Assembly: GCA_036785375.1 (NCBI GenBank)
Contig: JAWMAR010000216.1
Coordinates: forward strand, 2,480,001-2,544,000
DNA length: 64,000 nucleotides
From: Leucoraja ocellata
Lineage: Eukaryota
Direction of reading: 5' to 3'
The position numbers and the translations under genes were made by a program. Positions 1-11,810 of the stretch are shown here, piece by piece. Positions within the stretch are counted from its first letter, which is position 1; each line of letters starts with the position of its first letter. The notes beneath the pieces were generated by a model, which was not told where the DNA came from, searched no databases, and saw only the letters and a program-made list of their open reading frames with translations.

Positions 1-370
1 TCAAAACTGTGGCTGATCTTCCACATCAATTAGATTTTCCCCATACTATCCCCATATGATTGGATTCCCTGAGCTTCCAGAAATCTATCTATCTCTATAT
101 TGAATCAATTCAGCAGCTGAGGATCCAAAATTCTTCCAGAGTAGGAAAATTCGAAGATTCACCATCTTCCGAGTGACAAAATATCTCCTTTTCTCAGTCC
201 TAAATGACTGATACCTTTCTCTGAGACTGCGATCATAGGTTCTGAATACCTTAGTAAGGAGAACCACTTACCTGCACCCAACCTAATGAGCCAGTAAGAA
301 TTTTGTAAGTTTCAATAAGATCTCCTCTCATTCTTTTAAATGCTAAAGAATGCAGGCCTAATCTACTCAA
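1..370 (-). mobile_element. Old CR1/HER1 LINE 3' fragment
   Basis: Degenerate similarity to the CR1 3' ends at 15.5, 26.2 and 56.8 kb (ctcagtcctaaatg..., taagatctcctctcattctt). Confidence 0.7.
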
Positions 371-444
371 CTGCTTTTCCTTTGGAAACCCTCCCACCCC
401 CCCCCCCTCCCCCCCCTTGGATCAGATTCACCTCAGGTGGCATT

Positions 445-753
445 TAGAATCATAGAACAGCCCAACTCATCCTTGTTGACCAAGATGCTCCATCTAAGCT
501 AGTCCCTCATCTTTGCCCCTTATTCCCCTTTCCTACCCATAAATGTGCTAAGTGTCTTTTAAATATATAGCCCAGCCTCAACTACCTCCTCTGGCAGCCC
601 ACATACCCACCACACTGAGTGAAAAAGTTGCCCCTCAATTTTATATTAAATCTTGCCCCTCTTACGTTAAACCGATTTCCTCTGGTTTTTGATTCCCCTA
701 CCCTGGGTTAAAGACTCTGTGCATTTACCCTGTCTATTCCCCTCATGATTTTA
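445..753 (-). mobile_element. CR1 LINE 3' end, interrupted by the 754-2047 insertion and resuming at 2048-2080
   Basis: Joining the flanks restores cccctcatgatttta|tatacctctataagatcacccc, similar to the uninterrupted copy near 52085-52120. Confidence 0.8.
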
Positions 754-2047
754 TCTATCTATATTACTAAAAGTCTGATCTTGACCGCTTTTGGCCCGCT
801 GTGCTACGATTTCCGAGAGAACGCTGCCACCTACGGCCGTCATTTTTGGCCACCTCGCTCAGAGCCCTCCTCCGTCTTCCGGTACCAGAGAATTTTTCCC
901 ATCGGTGAAAAATCAGAGAGATATTAATGTTTAAAAAAATTCCCCATTCTCTCTGCTGCCCCCGCTGGCGGCAGGGGGGAGGGACTATAAAACCCGAAAG
1001 TGTCGTGCCTCACTCAGTCTCTGCCAGACCCAGGAAGCAAGAGGGTCACGGCTCTCCGAGCTGTGAATAACACTGAACGCACGTCTACTCCACGAGTCCC
1101 CTCGATGTGGCTGCTGCCAAATTGTTTGCCTTTTGGCCATCTTACTCCGCTGCACAGGACAAGAATATTTTTCCCATCGATAAAAAATAAGAGTTATTAG
1201 TGTTTAAAAAATGTTGCGATTCTCTCTCCTGAAGATCACGCCCCTTCCGGAGGGACTATAAAACCCGGAAATGTTGAGTGCTTCAGTCAGTCTCTGCAAG
1301 ATGGGGGAGCGAGAGGGTCACGTCTCTTAGTCTGAGTTGTGAATAACACTGAACACATGTCTACTAAACTGTGAGTGGTTTTACTGACCTGTCAGTGCCT
1401 GTAATGTGGTTAGGAAATATAGTTTAGAAATGCTAAAGCTGTGTTGCCTTTGGTTTGGAAATGCTAAAGCAGTGTTGCCTTTGGATTGGAAATGCTAAAG
1501 GTGTGTTTCCTTTGGTTTGGAAATGCTAAAGCGTTATTAGTGTTTAAAACATTTTGAGATTCTCTCTCCTGTCAATCATGCCATGAAGGCCACGCCCCTT
1601 CTGGTGGGAGGGGGGAGGGACTCTAAACCCAAAAGTGTGGGCGTGGCTCAGTCTCTGCAAAATAGAGGACGGCGAGGTCACGACTCGCCGTCTTTAGTGG
1701 CCTTGCACCCTGCTTGAAATGGTATTAAACTGCACTTGAATTTGATGGCCTTACACCGCTTGAAGTGGTAAGAAAATGCACTTGAATTTGGTGGCCTTGC
1801 ACCTTGCTTGAAATGGAATTTCAAGGAATAGCCGTGTCAACTCCCAGCCCACTAGCCGTGAGTGAGTGAGCTGCCAGCACAACAGTCTTGAGTGACTGAG
1901 CCGCCAGCCCAAGAATCCATTCAGCCCACCGTGTCCATACTTGCCCTCTGGAAACCAGTCCCTTCATACTAGCTCTCCAGAAATCCCCCACCCCCCACTC
2001 CAACTGGCCACCAATATTGGAATTGGAGAGGTGGAATATTGCATTAG
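754..2047 (+). mobile_element. Non-autonomous Helitron-like element with internal tandem repeats
   Basis: Inserted between A and T with no TSD; starts TC(TATCTATATT), ends TTAG (CTAG-like). Contains three degenerate ~170-bp modules (~920, ~1195, ~1535), ~30-bp repeats (gaaatgctaaag..., 1425-1530) and ~48-bp repeats (ggccttgcacc...cttgaa, 1698-1820). Confidence 0.65.
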
Positions 2048-2229
2048 TATACCTCTATAAGATCACCCCCTTGATCCTCAATTATCACTTTTATTTTGTT
2101 GGTTGGCAGTGTGTGAGGTGTATTCAGAGTGGAACACCCCAGGTTGGTGAGCCAGATGGAAACACCAAGGAACCAACCGCGAGTCGGATAAGGAAGTGCA
2201 TATGTGATGTGTATTCTCCTATTACTTGT

Positions 2230-2375
2230 CTTGCTTTGTCCTGTTCCTCTTCTCTCCCAGCTTTCTTTTCCCCTGCTACAATGTCTGAAGTAGAGTCCTG
2301 ATCCAAAACGTCACCCACCCATATTCTCCAGAAACGCTGCCTATCCACTGTTATTCCAGCATTTTGTGTCTTTGA
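2230..2375 (+). mobile_element. Degenerate PLE terminal repeat (hammerhead-motif family)
   Basis: gtctgaagtagagtcctgatccaaaacgtcaccc...ccagcattttgtgtct resembles the family consensus. Confidence 0.65.
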
Positions 2376-3574
2376 TTGGGTGCCTGAGGGCAGTGCTTAC
2401 AATAGTCCCATGTTGGGCTCTAGTATATTAGTCCAAAAACCTAATCTCAATCTGACTACAATTTATGAAAGGGGTTGAACTGGCAGAGCCCAAATTGAAT
2501 AGTAGACCTTACCACTCAACAATATCAGTTGGGTCTCATAAAACACTCTCAGTTCTAAGGCTTAGGTTTAAATTTATACTGAACAGACCTCCAGTATCTT
2601 TGGTCACTTTGGAGGGTACTTACACATTAACCACATTCTTGTGGGTCTGGAATTGAACATGTGTCCAAACATGTGAGCAAAGATAGACTTCCTTTACTGA
2701 AGAACATTAATGAATCAGGTGGAGTTATACAAGAATCCATTGGCTTCATGTTAGTTATTCATTAGTTTTGCATTTTAGAGTAATTTAATTAACAGAATGT
2801 AATTTCCACAGCTGTAAAGTGGGATTTGATCTTTTATCTTGGGCTGTAGAATATTGGTCCAATTAGCTAATCACAATCCCACTCTAATTTATGATATTAA
2901 AGATAAAGAATTACATTCAATATTTCATTCAATATACAATTACTTTCTTCATCACCACAGAGTCTGAGTTAATTGGGCACTGGGAAGAGGCTTCTGTAGG
3001 TAATCACGATGTGCCATTCAGCAGGTGCCGCCAGCACTTCTCCCGAGTGTCCACTCATTGTGCTTGAACTTCCACATTGAATGTCATTCACTGCGAATGA
3101 CTCTAATGATGGCTGGTCGACACTAATCTGCTGAAGGAAAGAGTCCGTCGGACACAAGCTTGATCCTATTTCCTGCCAGTCCTCATCTTCAGAGACCAAT
3201 CTTACTGTTGATTTGGAGTTATGACCCAGCTTAGTTTTTTCCCTCTGATACAGAGCTTGTTCCAATTCCATTTGCAAACTGAGCAACATCAGGAACTGAC
3301 ATCACATTTAGTCATTCCAAAAAGGTGGCCGCAGTATTTGTTTTTCCCAATCATTTTTAAACAATACTCAAAATAATTAAAATCTTTGTAAAAATAATCA
3401 TAAAAATTATTTGGGTTTTAAAAAATAATAGATTTTAATCATTTTTACCTAGGATAAATAATTAATGGAATTGCAGGGAGAATGAAAAAAATATGGAATG
3501 TAGTATGTGTAAATGGGTGCTTCACAGTTGGCAGAGACTTGGTGGGCCAAAAGGCCTGTTTTCAACTCTTAAAA

Positions 3575-3851
3575 AAAGAACCATTTGCACCTCCAAGAAA
3601 CCACTGCTTTTGAGAGAAAAGGATCATTTGCATGTCAAACAAGCCATTGGTAATGAGGGAAAAGAACAATTTGCTTGCCCAAGCAGCCGCTGTTTTGAGA
3701 GAAAAGGACCATTTGCATGTCCAAGAAGCCACTGATAATTCTGGATGAGAAACATTTGCAAGTAAAAGAAAACCAATGCTTGTCGGGATAAGAACCATTT
3801 CCACGTGCAAAATAGCCAATGCCTATTAGGGCAAAAGGACCATTTGCATGA
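3575..3851 (+). repeat. Degenerate 43-bp tandem array, 7 units, each centred on an ATTTGCAT-like core
   Basis: Cores at 3583, 3626, 3669, 3711, 3754, 3797 and 3842 (spacing 43,43,42,43,43,45). Confidence 0.85.
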
Positions 3852-4126
3852 CGAAGAGATACAAAATGCTGGAGTAACTCAGCGGGACAGGCAGCATCTC
3901 TCGAGGAGTGGGTGATGTTTCATATCAAGACACCTCATCAAACTGAGGTATTGATTGCCATGAATGTGTAGGGAGTGGATGGGAGAGTGGGATAGTTTCT
4001 CAGTCTGAAAAAGGGTCTCCACCTGAAACATCACCCATTCCTTCTCGAGAGATGCTGCTTGTGAGTTACTCCAGCATTTTTTGTCTATCCTTGGCATAAA
4101 CCAGCCTCTGCAGTCCCTTCCTACAT
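3852..4126. mobile_element. Fold-back (inverted pair) PLE terminal-repeat insertion
   Basis: Arm ~3855-3946 is the reverse complement of arm ~4000-4090. Flanked by catttgcatga (3841-3851) and catttgtatga (4127-4137), an 11-bp TSD with 1 mismatch. Confidence 0.8.
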
Positions 4127-4849
4127 CATTTGTATGATCACTTGTGAAAGTTACAGCAGAATTACTCCAAGTTTACTCCGCATTTCAATCGTGGCTGATC
4201 TCTCCCTCTCAACCCCATGCTCCTGCCTTCTCCCCATAACCCCTGCCACTCGTACCATTCAAGAAAATATCTAGCTCTGCCTTGATTTGGCCAACTGTGC
4301 CAAATAAATTCCAGATTCACCGCCCATCTGGCTTCCAGAATTGACTGTGAAAAAAAAAATTGTCGCTGGGGAAGTGAAACTAACTTGCTTGCTACCTGGA
4401 CGAAGTAAGTCTTCCCCCTTCCTTTTCTCTTCAAGGCTAATATTTACCTGGGCCAATTTGCAGCCTGCTCTGGCTGCAGCTGAGCAAAGCCTGCCTCTGA
4501 CCTGCAGCCCCGGGTCTGATTGACGTGTGGCCGGCCGAGCCCGGGAGCTACGCCTCCCACCCCCTCCTCCCCCGGGCTCAGCCAATCAGCGAGGCCGGCA
4601 GTCCCCGTAGCGGTGGCGCCGCCGATGTAAGGCGGCCGCCTATTGGCTGCCCCGCCCGCCGGCCGGACGGCCATGACGGTCTGGGACGGCGCCACCGACG
4701 ACGGGCTTTTTCGCCCCCAAAATTCCCGTCCCCGAAACGTCGCCACCGCTTGCGGCGGGGAGCACCCGCCGTGCCCCCAAAACCCACCCACCCCCCCACC
4801 ATCAAGCAAATACAACAACTAATTCTAATAAAGCAGCCGAGTCGGCAGT

Positions 4850-5000
4850 GACCCCGAAAAGCAGCCAGTGTCCAATCAGAAAACAAAAAAGAAATATGCA
4901 AATGTATCACGTTAGTCGGAGCGCTGAGGTCGACTCCGTACTAAACTTCGCAAATAATCATTCTTCATAAATACTTCCTTTAGAGCCGGCCTTTCCTCTG
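4850..5000 (+). other. CHD9: Probable non-coding exon 1 of CHD9 (start approximate)
   Basis: Consensus donor CTG|GTAAGT at 5000/5001 just downstream of the CCAAT and octamer motifs. Implies intron 1 = 5001-53455. Confidence 0.6.
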
Positions 5001-5360
5001 GTAAGTTCAGCTTCCAGCAACCAGCAACAATGAGATCCCAAAGTGGGGGGGTGTTTCTATTATTTTTCTCCCCCCCCCTCCCCTTTCTGTCGTGATTTTT
5101 GTGGGGTTTATGTCTCGTTATTTTTTAGGGAGGAGGGGGGTTTACAATGAATGTGGGAAGTAGGCCACTATGGGATAAGTGTAATGTAACTTCTATTGCA
5201 CACAACCTGTGAAAGGCTGGCAGCCTTGTTGTTTTTTCCCCCTCTTTCCTTTCCTCTCTCTGTGTGTGCCTCCTCCGGGTTCTCCTGGTGTAGCTGCAGG
5301 CCGATGGCGCAGCTCGGTGTCCATGCTCGCCGCGTTTTTTCGCTGTGGAAATAGCTGCGG

Positions 5361-5990
5361 CCGTTCCTGTCAGCGGCCGCCAGCCAGCTCGGGGTTTTCT
5401 CTCTCTCTCTCCCTCCATGGCGTCGTCTTGTCCTGTCAGCGGCCGGGCTCTGTCCTCCCTGCTCGCACCGTTCCTGTCAGCGGCCGCCTGGGGGTTTTAA
5501 TCTCTCTCCCCTCTTGGCGTCGTCTAGTCCTGTCAGTGAACCGCCCGCACCTTTTTCCCCCACCTCTCCCTCTCTCTCTCTTGGCGCGGTTGCTGTCACC
5601 GCGGCCCCGCGCTCCGGCCGTTACTGTCAGCGCCCGCCAGCCCCGGGCTGCGCCCTCGCGCCATTCCTGTCAGCACCCGCCCGCACTCCTGTTGTTGTTG
5701 TCGGCGCCCGCCCGCCCGCCCTCTCTCTCCCTCACTACTGTCAGCGCCCTCGCCCCGTCTGTCATGTCATGTCCTGCGGGCGGGCGGGCGGGAAGGGGTT
5801 TCTTGTCCTGTCCTCCCCATGCCTTCCAGTCAGCACCACCATCCAGTCCTCTCCTGCCCTGTCAGCCAGGCTATGAATCTTGCAGCCTCGCGCAATTCCT
5901 GTCAGCGCTCCTGCACCCTCGCGCCGTCCCGTCCCGTCCTGTCAGCGCCCGGGCGGGAACTCCCATTCCCGCGCGCTCCTGGCAGCGCCC
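5361..5990 (+). promoter_or_regulatory. Homotypic cluster of CTGTCA(G) sites (TALE homeodomain MEIS/PKNOX/TGIF consensus TGACAG)
   Basis: CTGTCA at 5367, 5433, 5474, 5530, 5593, 5624, 5667, 5738, 5759, 5859, 5899 and 5939, all on one strand. The function is inferred. Confidence 0.55.
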
Positions 5991-6804
5991 GGCCGTTGCC
6001 CCTTCGCGCCCCGGGGCTGCTGGAGGAGGAGGAGGAGAGAGGAGGAGGCGGCGGACGCCACAACATCCCCCGCGCCCGTTACCTTGCGTTCGGCCGAGCA
6101 GCAGCAACAACGACGTGGGAAACACGTGCGTGCAATGTCGGGCTAGGACTGGCAACGCGCAGCAATAATAACAACAACACAAAACAAAAACCCAGACGGG
6201 GAGACAAACGGGTGGCGGGAGGTGGAGGAGGAAAAAGGAGGGGAGCCACTGGGGCCCCACTTGTGAAACAAGAGAAAGGAGGAGGGGTGTTAGGGGTAGG
6301 AGAGGAGAAGACAAGGCAAGGCATGGGATTGGGAGGGAAGAGGATGTGCCTGCTCTGACCGCATGAGTCACGGCTCCATTGTACAGCAGAGCTCCACTGA
6401 CTGACTCACTGGTGTCGCGCCGCCAGCTGCTTATCCCTTCAAGGAGGCCAGGACGTGAAACTGCCCAGTGTATTCAGACTTGTACAATCCAGTTCAACAC
6501 ATGAGCTTCGATGCAATGTCAGTCTACGCAAAGAAATTTGTATGCATACTTATCTCTCTATCTCAAATACACACACAGACACAGAAGTGCCTAGCATGTG
6601 TTATTTGCAGACTGCATCTGTTATCGAATTGAGGGGCCTAATGGTCCTGATGCATTTCTCCTAAAGTTTGCTCCACTGCTTTCATATAGTTTTAAGGGTT
6701 GTGGCAATTCATCATCGCTGTGTGTGGTGGGGATGTCAGAGTGATATCCTGCTTCAATTAATGATTTGGAAATTCTCATAGTGTGCTTCATTCAATTATG
6801 ACTC

Positions 6805-7000
6805 GCAGCAAAGAAGGGAAGAGATTGAACTTTTTGTTGCCTTCCATCACAGTGAGGAATGTGGAAGAGTCACTGTGGTGAATGTTTTGTTAAAATGTAT
6901 TTTGTGTGTTCCATGCTTTTTACTTGTATGACTGACTTGGCAAATGAAATTCCCCATATGTTGCAAAACATACTTGGCTAATAAAGTGTTATTGTATTGT
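6805..7000 (+). mobile_element. Truncated non-coding retroposon with Rex1-type tail
   Basis: Shares tgccttccatcacagtgagga...tcactgtg and an aataaa+(tattg)n tail with 25270-26077 and 45772-46160. Confidence 0.65.
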
Positions 7001-7804
7001 AACATGGTATAAGGAGGCTAAACTCTCGGGGGACAGGATTAGCATTGACAGTGGCAATGAACTAATTTGCTCAATTTTCTGTAAAGAGGACCTGATCTAT
7101 TGGATTTCCCATTCTCCTCAACCCTCATTTTTGTAGTGGTTTGGGCTCGTGTTAAAGAGCTTTTTTTCATCAACGTCTTGACGCATGAGAAACCAGGTGG
7201 CTAGCCAATGTTTGTCTCCAATCAATGTCACCAAGATAGACTATCTGGTCTCATCGATATAGTTGCTTGGTTCTGATATACTTTGATATGTCCAAGGGAA
7301 TTTGAAATGTGTTAAGTAAATAAAAGTCATTACTTTAGCCTGGGCCGTACCATGCTGTGATCAGTATGTGCCAATTTTGTTGTTTTTTATCCAGTAGGTC
7401 CGTTTGAAAAGTTGTTACTATGTAATATTTGTACAAATCTATTCAAGTATGATTTTATTTTCCTGACAGCATTGTTGCTATAAATTACACTTCAAGCTAC
7501 CTTTCACATTTCAATTCTCTTATTGCAGCATATAATTAAATGTTTGGGTATTTACTGACCACTTCTGATATTTTTGTTCTCTGAATGTGCAAATTTAAGA
7601 AATATCCTGATCATTAGTTTAGAGATGCTTCTTAACTTTTAACCCATCTTCCATAAGAGCCATAGAAATGTGATCTCAAGAAAAGATTGGAATCGTTTAC
7701 GGCAGCTTTCACAATCTTGCTTCTTTTGCCCTCTCACTATTTTCCAACCAGAGCTAAATAAATAAAAAAGAAAGGTATGAACTTTTCATTTTGGGAAGCA
7801 AGCA

Positions 7805-7995
7805 TAATAGAGTCATAAGTGTGGAAACAGGTCCTTCGGCCCAACTTGCCCAGCATGTCCCATCTACACTATTCTGACCTGCCTGCGTTTGGCACATATT
7901 CGTCTGTACCTGTCCAAATGTTTCTTAAATGTTGCGTTACTACCTGCCTCAACTACCTCCTCCAGCAACTCGTTCCATACACTCACTATCCTCTG
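7805..7995 (-). mobile_element. CR1 LINE 3' tail
   Basis: ggaaacaggtccttcggcccaac...cctgcctcaactacctcc, similar to the copies at 51.8 and 60.45 kb. Confidence 0.75.
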
Positions 7996-10402
7996 TTTTT
8001 TTTAAAAAGCGTACACACTTTATGTCATGTTCACTTATTTTTGAAACCTATCTTTTTTTGTGCCAGGAAATCACTTGAAAATGTATCCTCGGCCAACAAT
8101 TCAAAAACATTCTACATAGTTACTGTCTCACTTATCTTGCTCTTTTTAAATCAAAATGCTATCTTGTATTTGACTATCTTCCACTGGTAGCTTAGTTTTT
8201 ACTCCCAGATAGCATATAAGAAAGATCATCCCACACAATCTGCCTTGATGAATTACAGTTGTATGATTTTTCTCTCCCACTTATTGTGGCTGGGCATAAA
8301 TATATGCCTTTTAATACTGGTGTTTTAATGTCACCTGGTCAGTCTCCAGTTTTTGGTTCTTTTTACGAAAATGAATCTCCTTTTTTTCCCTGCCTTCCAC
8401 AATGATTGGGTATTTTAAAGCTCAACTAGCCATTGATTAATATCTCCAGCTGATTTTCCAGGTTTTATTGCTATACTCTGATCTTGGTGTTATCTAAATC
8501 TTCACTTTCTTTAACAATGATAATTTCAACAGTTACTGCACATGTGGTTTATCTCAAAATTATGGCAGGTTAATTAGGATACGCAATAGAGCCTGCACAG
8601 TGAATATATTTGGTGTCACTTATTGCATTGTAAGTTACACGTAAACTTGATTTAACCCAATTTTGTGGTGGCAATAACGTGGAATCAGTGAGGTTCAATT
8701 GTGCTATTAAACCTAAATGAACTATCAGGATTGATGTTTGTGTCAATCCTGAAAATAGATTCTGGATAATAGAAATAGGTTTTTGGTCAGTATTGAATGT
8801 TTGGAAAATATACTTTGATGGAGAGAAGTCTGAAAAATAATAAAGTAATGTGGGCTATGTAGTTCATAATTCTTTTAAACCTAAGTGAGTGTTTCTTGAG
8901 TATCCATCACTTGATTTATGGGAGTACTATGCCTGGGAAATTAATGTGTGTTTCTTATGAAGTGCTTGTTGAAGGTTACTTTTTACTGTTTTCAGTTGTT
9001 GATCATTATAGACTTTCAAAATGTTCCATTGAGGTTTGGGTGAATTAATCTTGGAATTGTACATTTTGAAGTTAGGAACATCATTTTGTGTTTATTGATA
9101 GTAAATTTATCAGCGGCGTTGACCAAAACAATGACATTGCTGGGGACGAGATAGATAGCAGTGGAAAACATGGGAAGGCTAAACAAATATTTTTGTAATG
9201 GTTTCTGGAAGTGAAGAAACCTTCATCATTAATACATCGTTAATCTATTGCAACGTTAGTTGTTTGCCAATCTGCATGTAGATTGTTTATCCCAGAGTTT
9301 TAAAGCAAGTAAATAAGAATGTTAGAAAACTTCTATCTCCTATGCTCTGCTTTGTATTTCTTCCTCTGAGTTTTGCTCACTTTCAAGTATTTTTTGTTTT
9401 ATTCCTGATTTATGCACTGTTTTCTAAGATTGGAAAATTGCACATCTTGCTCACTATTTACGAAAAGCACGAGGGGAAAATTAGCAAATTGCGGACCTGT
9501 CAATCTGACATCTAATGCTGAGAGATTACTAGATTCTATGGTGCACAATAGTGACTGAACCTCTTGAAAATCTTCAGCTGATCATAGTTGGTTTGAGCCC
9601 TGATAAACCTAACTAAATAGTCCAACGAGATTCTGTGTATATTATTTATTTGTTCATAAAATATAGAGCTTGATGGAAGTCTCTTCATAAGTGGTTGGCT
9701 TGACTGAAGTTCATGAATTGATGACAGGTTATTGACTGGTTTGGCAAGTGGCTGAGCAGCAGTTGAAAAATTGGGCAGTGTAATAGGCAGGCAGGCAGGC
9801 AGGACTGAACTTTAAGTGATGGAATAGGAAGGCACATGTATCCAAATTAATGACAAAGATGTACATTGTAAGTAATCTACAGCACAACATATTATTATAA
9901 AGTAGTAGATTCTGAATGGACAAAACTATAGTAAATGGATAACACTGTCAGAAAAGTGTAAATTGAACAAAAATAATGCACAGAGTATTTGTTTCAGTAC
10001 CGATTCAAGAGTGCTGGAGGCCAGGCTTGCAGATCATTAATATACAAAGATTCACCATAAGGTTGATGGAGCTCCACCCTTTAGATGTAGAAAAGAACAC
10101 GAGATGGCATGGCTATGGAAAGCCCATAGAGGTCTTGATCTAAAATACTGAAGATATTCTGGGTCGCTACACCATGGGGAGGAGGAGGAATTGGAATTAA
10201 ATCACAAAAATAAGTCACTATTTCAGGACATAAATTACAAGAAGCGATCACACAGACTGGCATAATATACCTTGGATTTTAATCGGTTAAGGGTGAATTG
10301 ATCAAAGGTTTTGAAACGTGAGAAACTAATCATTGCTGGAGTATGTCACTTGGTCTCCAATAACTGTCCTCTTCCATTCTTATGTGCAGGAATTGTCATG
10401 TC

Positions 10403-10585
10403 AGCAGATGCTGATTTACACCAAAGATAGACACAAAATGCTGGAGTAACTCAGCGGGTCTGGTAGCATCGCTGGAGAAAAGGATTAGGTGACGTTTTGG
10501 GTCAAGACCATCGGAGTCAGACTGAAGAATGGTCTCAACCAGAAACATCATCTATTCCTTTTCTACAGGGATGCTGTCTGACCCT
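10403..10585. mobile_element. Fold-back PLE terminal-repeat insertion
   Basis: Minus-strand arm (gacacaaaatgctggagtaactcagcggg...ggtgacgttttgggtc) abuts a plus-strand arm (ctgaagaatggtctcaaccagaaacatca). Confidence 0.75.
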
Positions 10586-10719
10586 CTCCCATTTTTATCC
10601 TGTGGATCATTATTAAATTAAATCTCATCCACAAATACTGTGATTGTAGAAGAAGGTCAGAGGATTGTTATTCTGGGGAGAATAACTCCTCCTGTCATCC
10701 CAATTCCTTTGCAACATTT

Positions 10720-11220
10720 ACAAGGGATTTGTGATAGCATGATGGATTACACTCAATTTGGAAGAGTGCAACTTCAATCACTCTTGAGTATCTCAATCCC
10801 ATCCAGGGCAAATCAACTGATTAGAGTGCCATCCACCAACCTAAACATTCATTTACTCCGCCACTGGCACCCTGACTGCAGTATGGCCCATCGGCGGAAT
10901 GTACTGCTATTTCCCCAAGGAAACCGCAACGGAACCTTCCAAACCTACAGCTTCAGTCAACAAGAAGAGCATGAGCCTTAATGGCATTGGGTCAACCATT
11001 TGCAGATTATTCTTGTGATTACACACAATCATGGGAATGTGTTGTTGTTCCTTTTCTATCGCTGAGTCAGAACCCTGGGACTCCCTCCCAAACAGCATTG
11101 AGAGTCCCTTCACCAAAAGGATAACCAGCAGTTCAACAACGTGGGTCTTTGTCAACTTCTGTAGGGATGGGTAATAAATGCTAGCCAGACTACCGATGTC
11201 CATAACCCAAAGCTGACTAA
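10720..11220 (+). mobile_element. Ancient CR1-group LINE 3' fragment
   Basis: Colinear similarity with 39.9-40.3 kb (ccatccagggcaaatcaactgatt... vs ccatcaggcacaaagcagcccacttgatt...). Confidence 0.6.
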
Positions 11221-11544
11221 TTCTTATTTCAGTTGATGGGTGAATCCAGGCCATAGACAGTGGAACATAATTATTTCCTGGGAGGATCAGATTTATAGCG
11301 CAAGCACTTTTTTTTTTGAGGGGCCCTTACGAAACATGAATTTTACATACATAGAACTGGGTACTAATGTTTTTGGTCATGTTTAAAGGCACAAATATTA
11401 AAGTAGTTCATAGAAAATTGTTAAGGATAGGTGATGTTTCAGGTTGGAACACTGCGTCAGATTGATTGTAGTGGGGAGAGAAAGCTTGGAAAAAAATGTG
11501 GGGGTGCAGCAAAGCTTGGCAAGTGATAAGTGGATATAGGTTAG

Positions 11545-11810
11545 TGTGTTTATTTTAGAGACGGACCCACTATGCCCACCAAGTCTGCTGATCAACGATC
11601 ACACATACACTAAACACTAGCGGCAATTTTACAGAGGCCAATTAACCTAGAAACCTGCACTTCTTTGGAATGTGGAAAGAAACCAGAGCACCCAGAGAAA
11701 ACCCACATGGTCACAGGGAGATTGTGCAAACTCTGTACAGACAGCACCCGTAGTCATGATTGAACCCAGGTCTTTGGTGCGAAAAGGCAGCGTCCACCAC
11801 TACACCACTG
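11545..11810 (-). mobile_element. HE1-like V-SINE
   Basis: Reverse complement has a tRNA-like head (gtggtgtagtggt...ctgggttcaatc), the V-domain (gtgggttttctctgggtgctctggtttc) and a CR1-like tail. Confidence 0.8.

Larger units (their letters stand above)
4480..6430. promoter_or_regulatory. CpG-island promoter of CHD9
   Basis: GC/CpG-rich block in AT-rich, CpG-poor surroundings. CCAAT boxes at 4582, 4642 (reverse) and 4872; TGACGT at 4521; GC-box-like CCCGCCC; octamer ATGCAAAT at 4896-4903. Confidence 0.85.

Noticed and set aside
3575-3851. Repeat-spacer look resembling a CRISPR array
   Set aside because: Vertebrate context, no cas genes, and the spacers are homologous to each other, so it is a degenerate tandem repeat.
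4271-6371. Long ORFs in the CpG island (e.g. 319 aa at 5209-6168)
   Set aside because: Low-complexity P/R/A/G translations open in many frames on both strands, typical of stop-poor GC-rich DNA; no recognisable domain.
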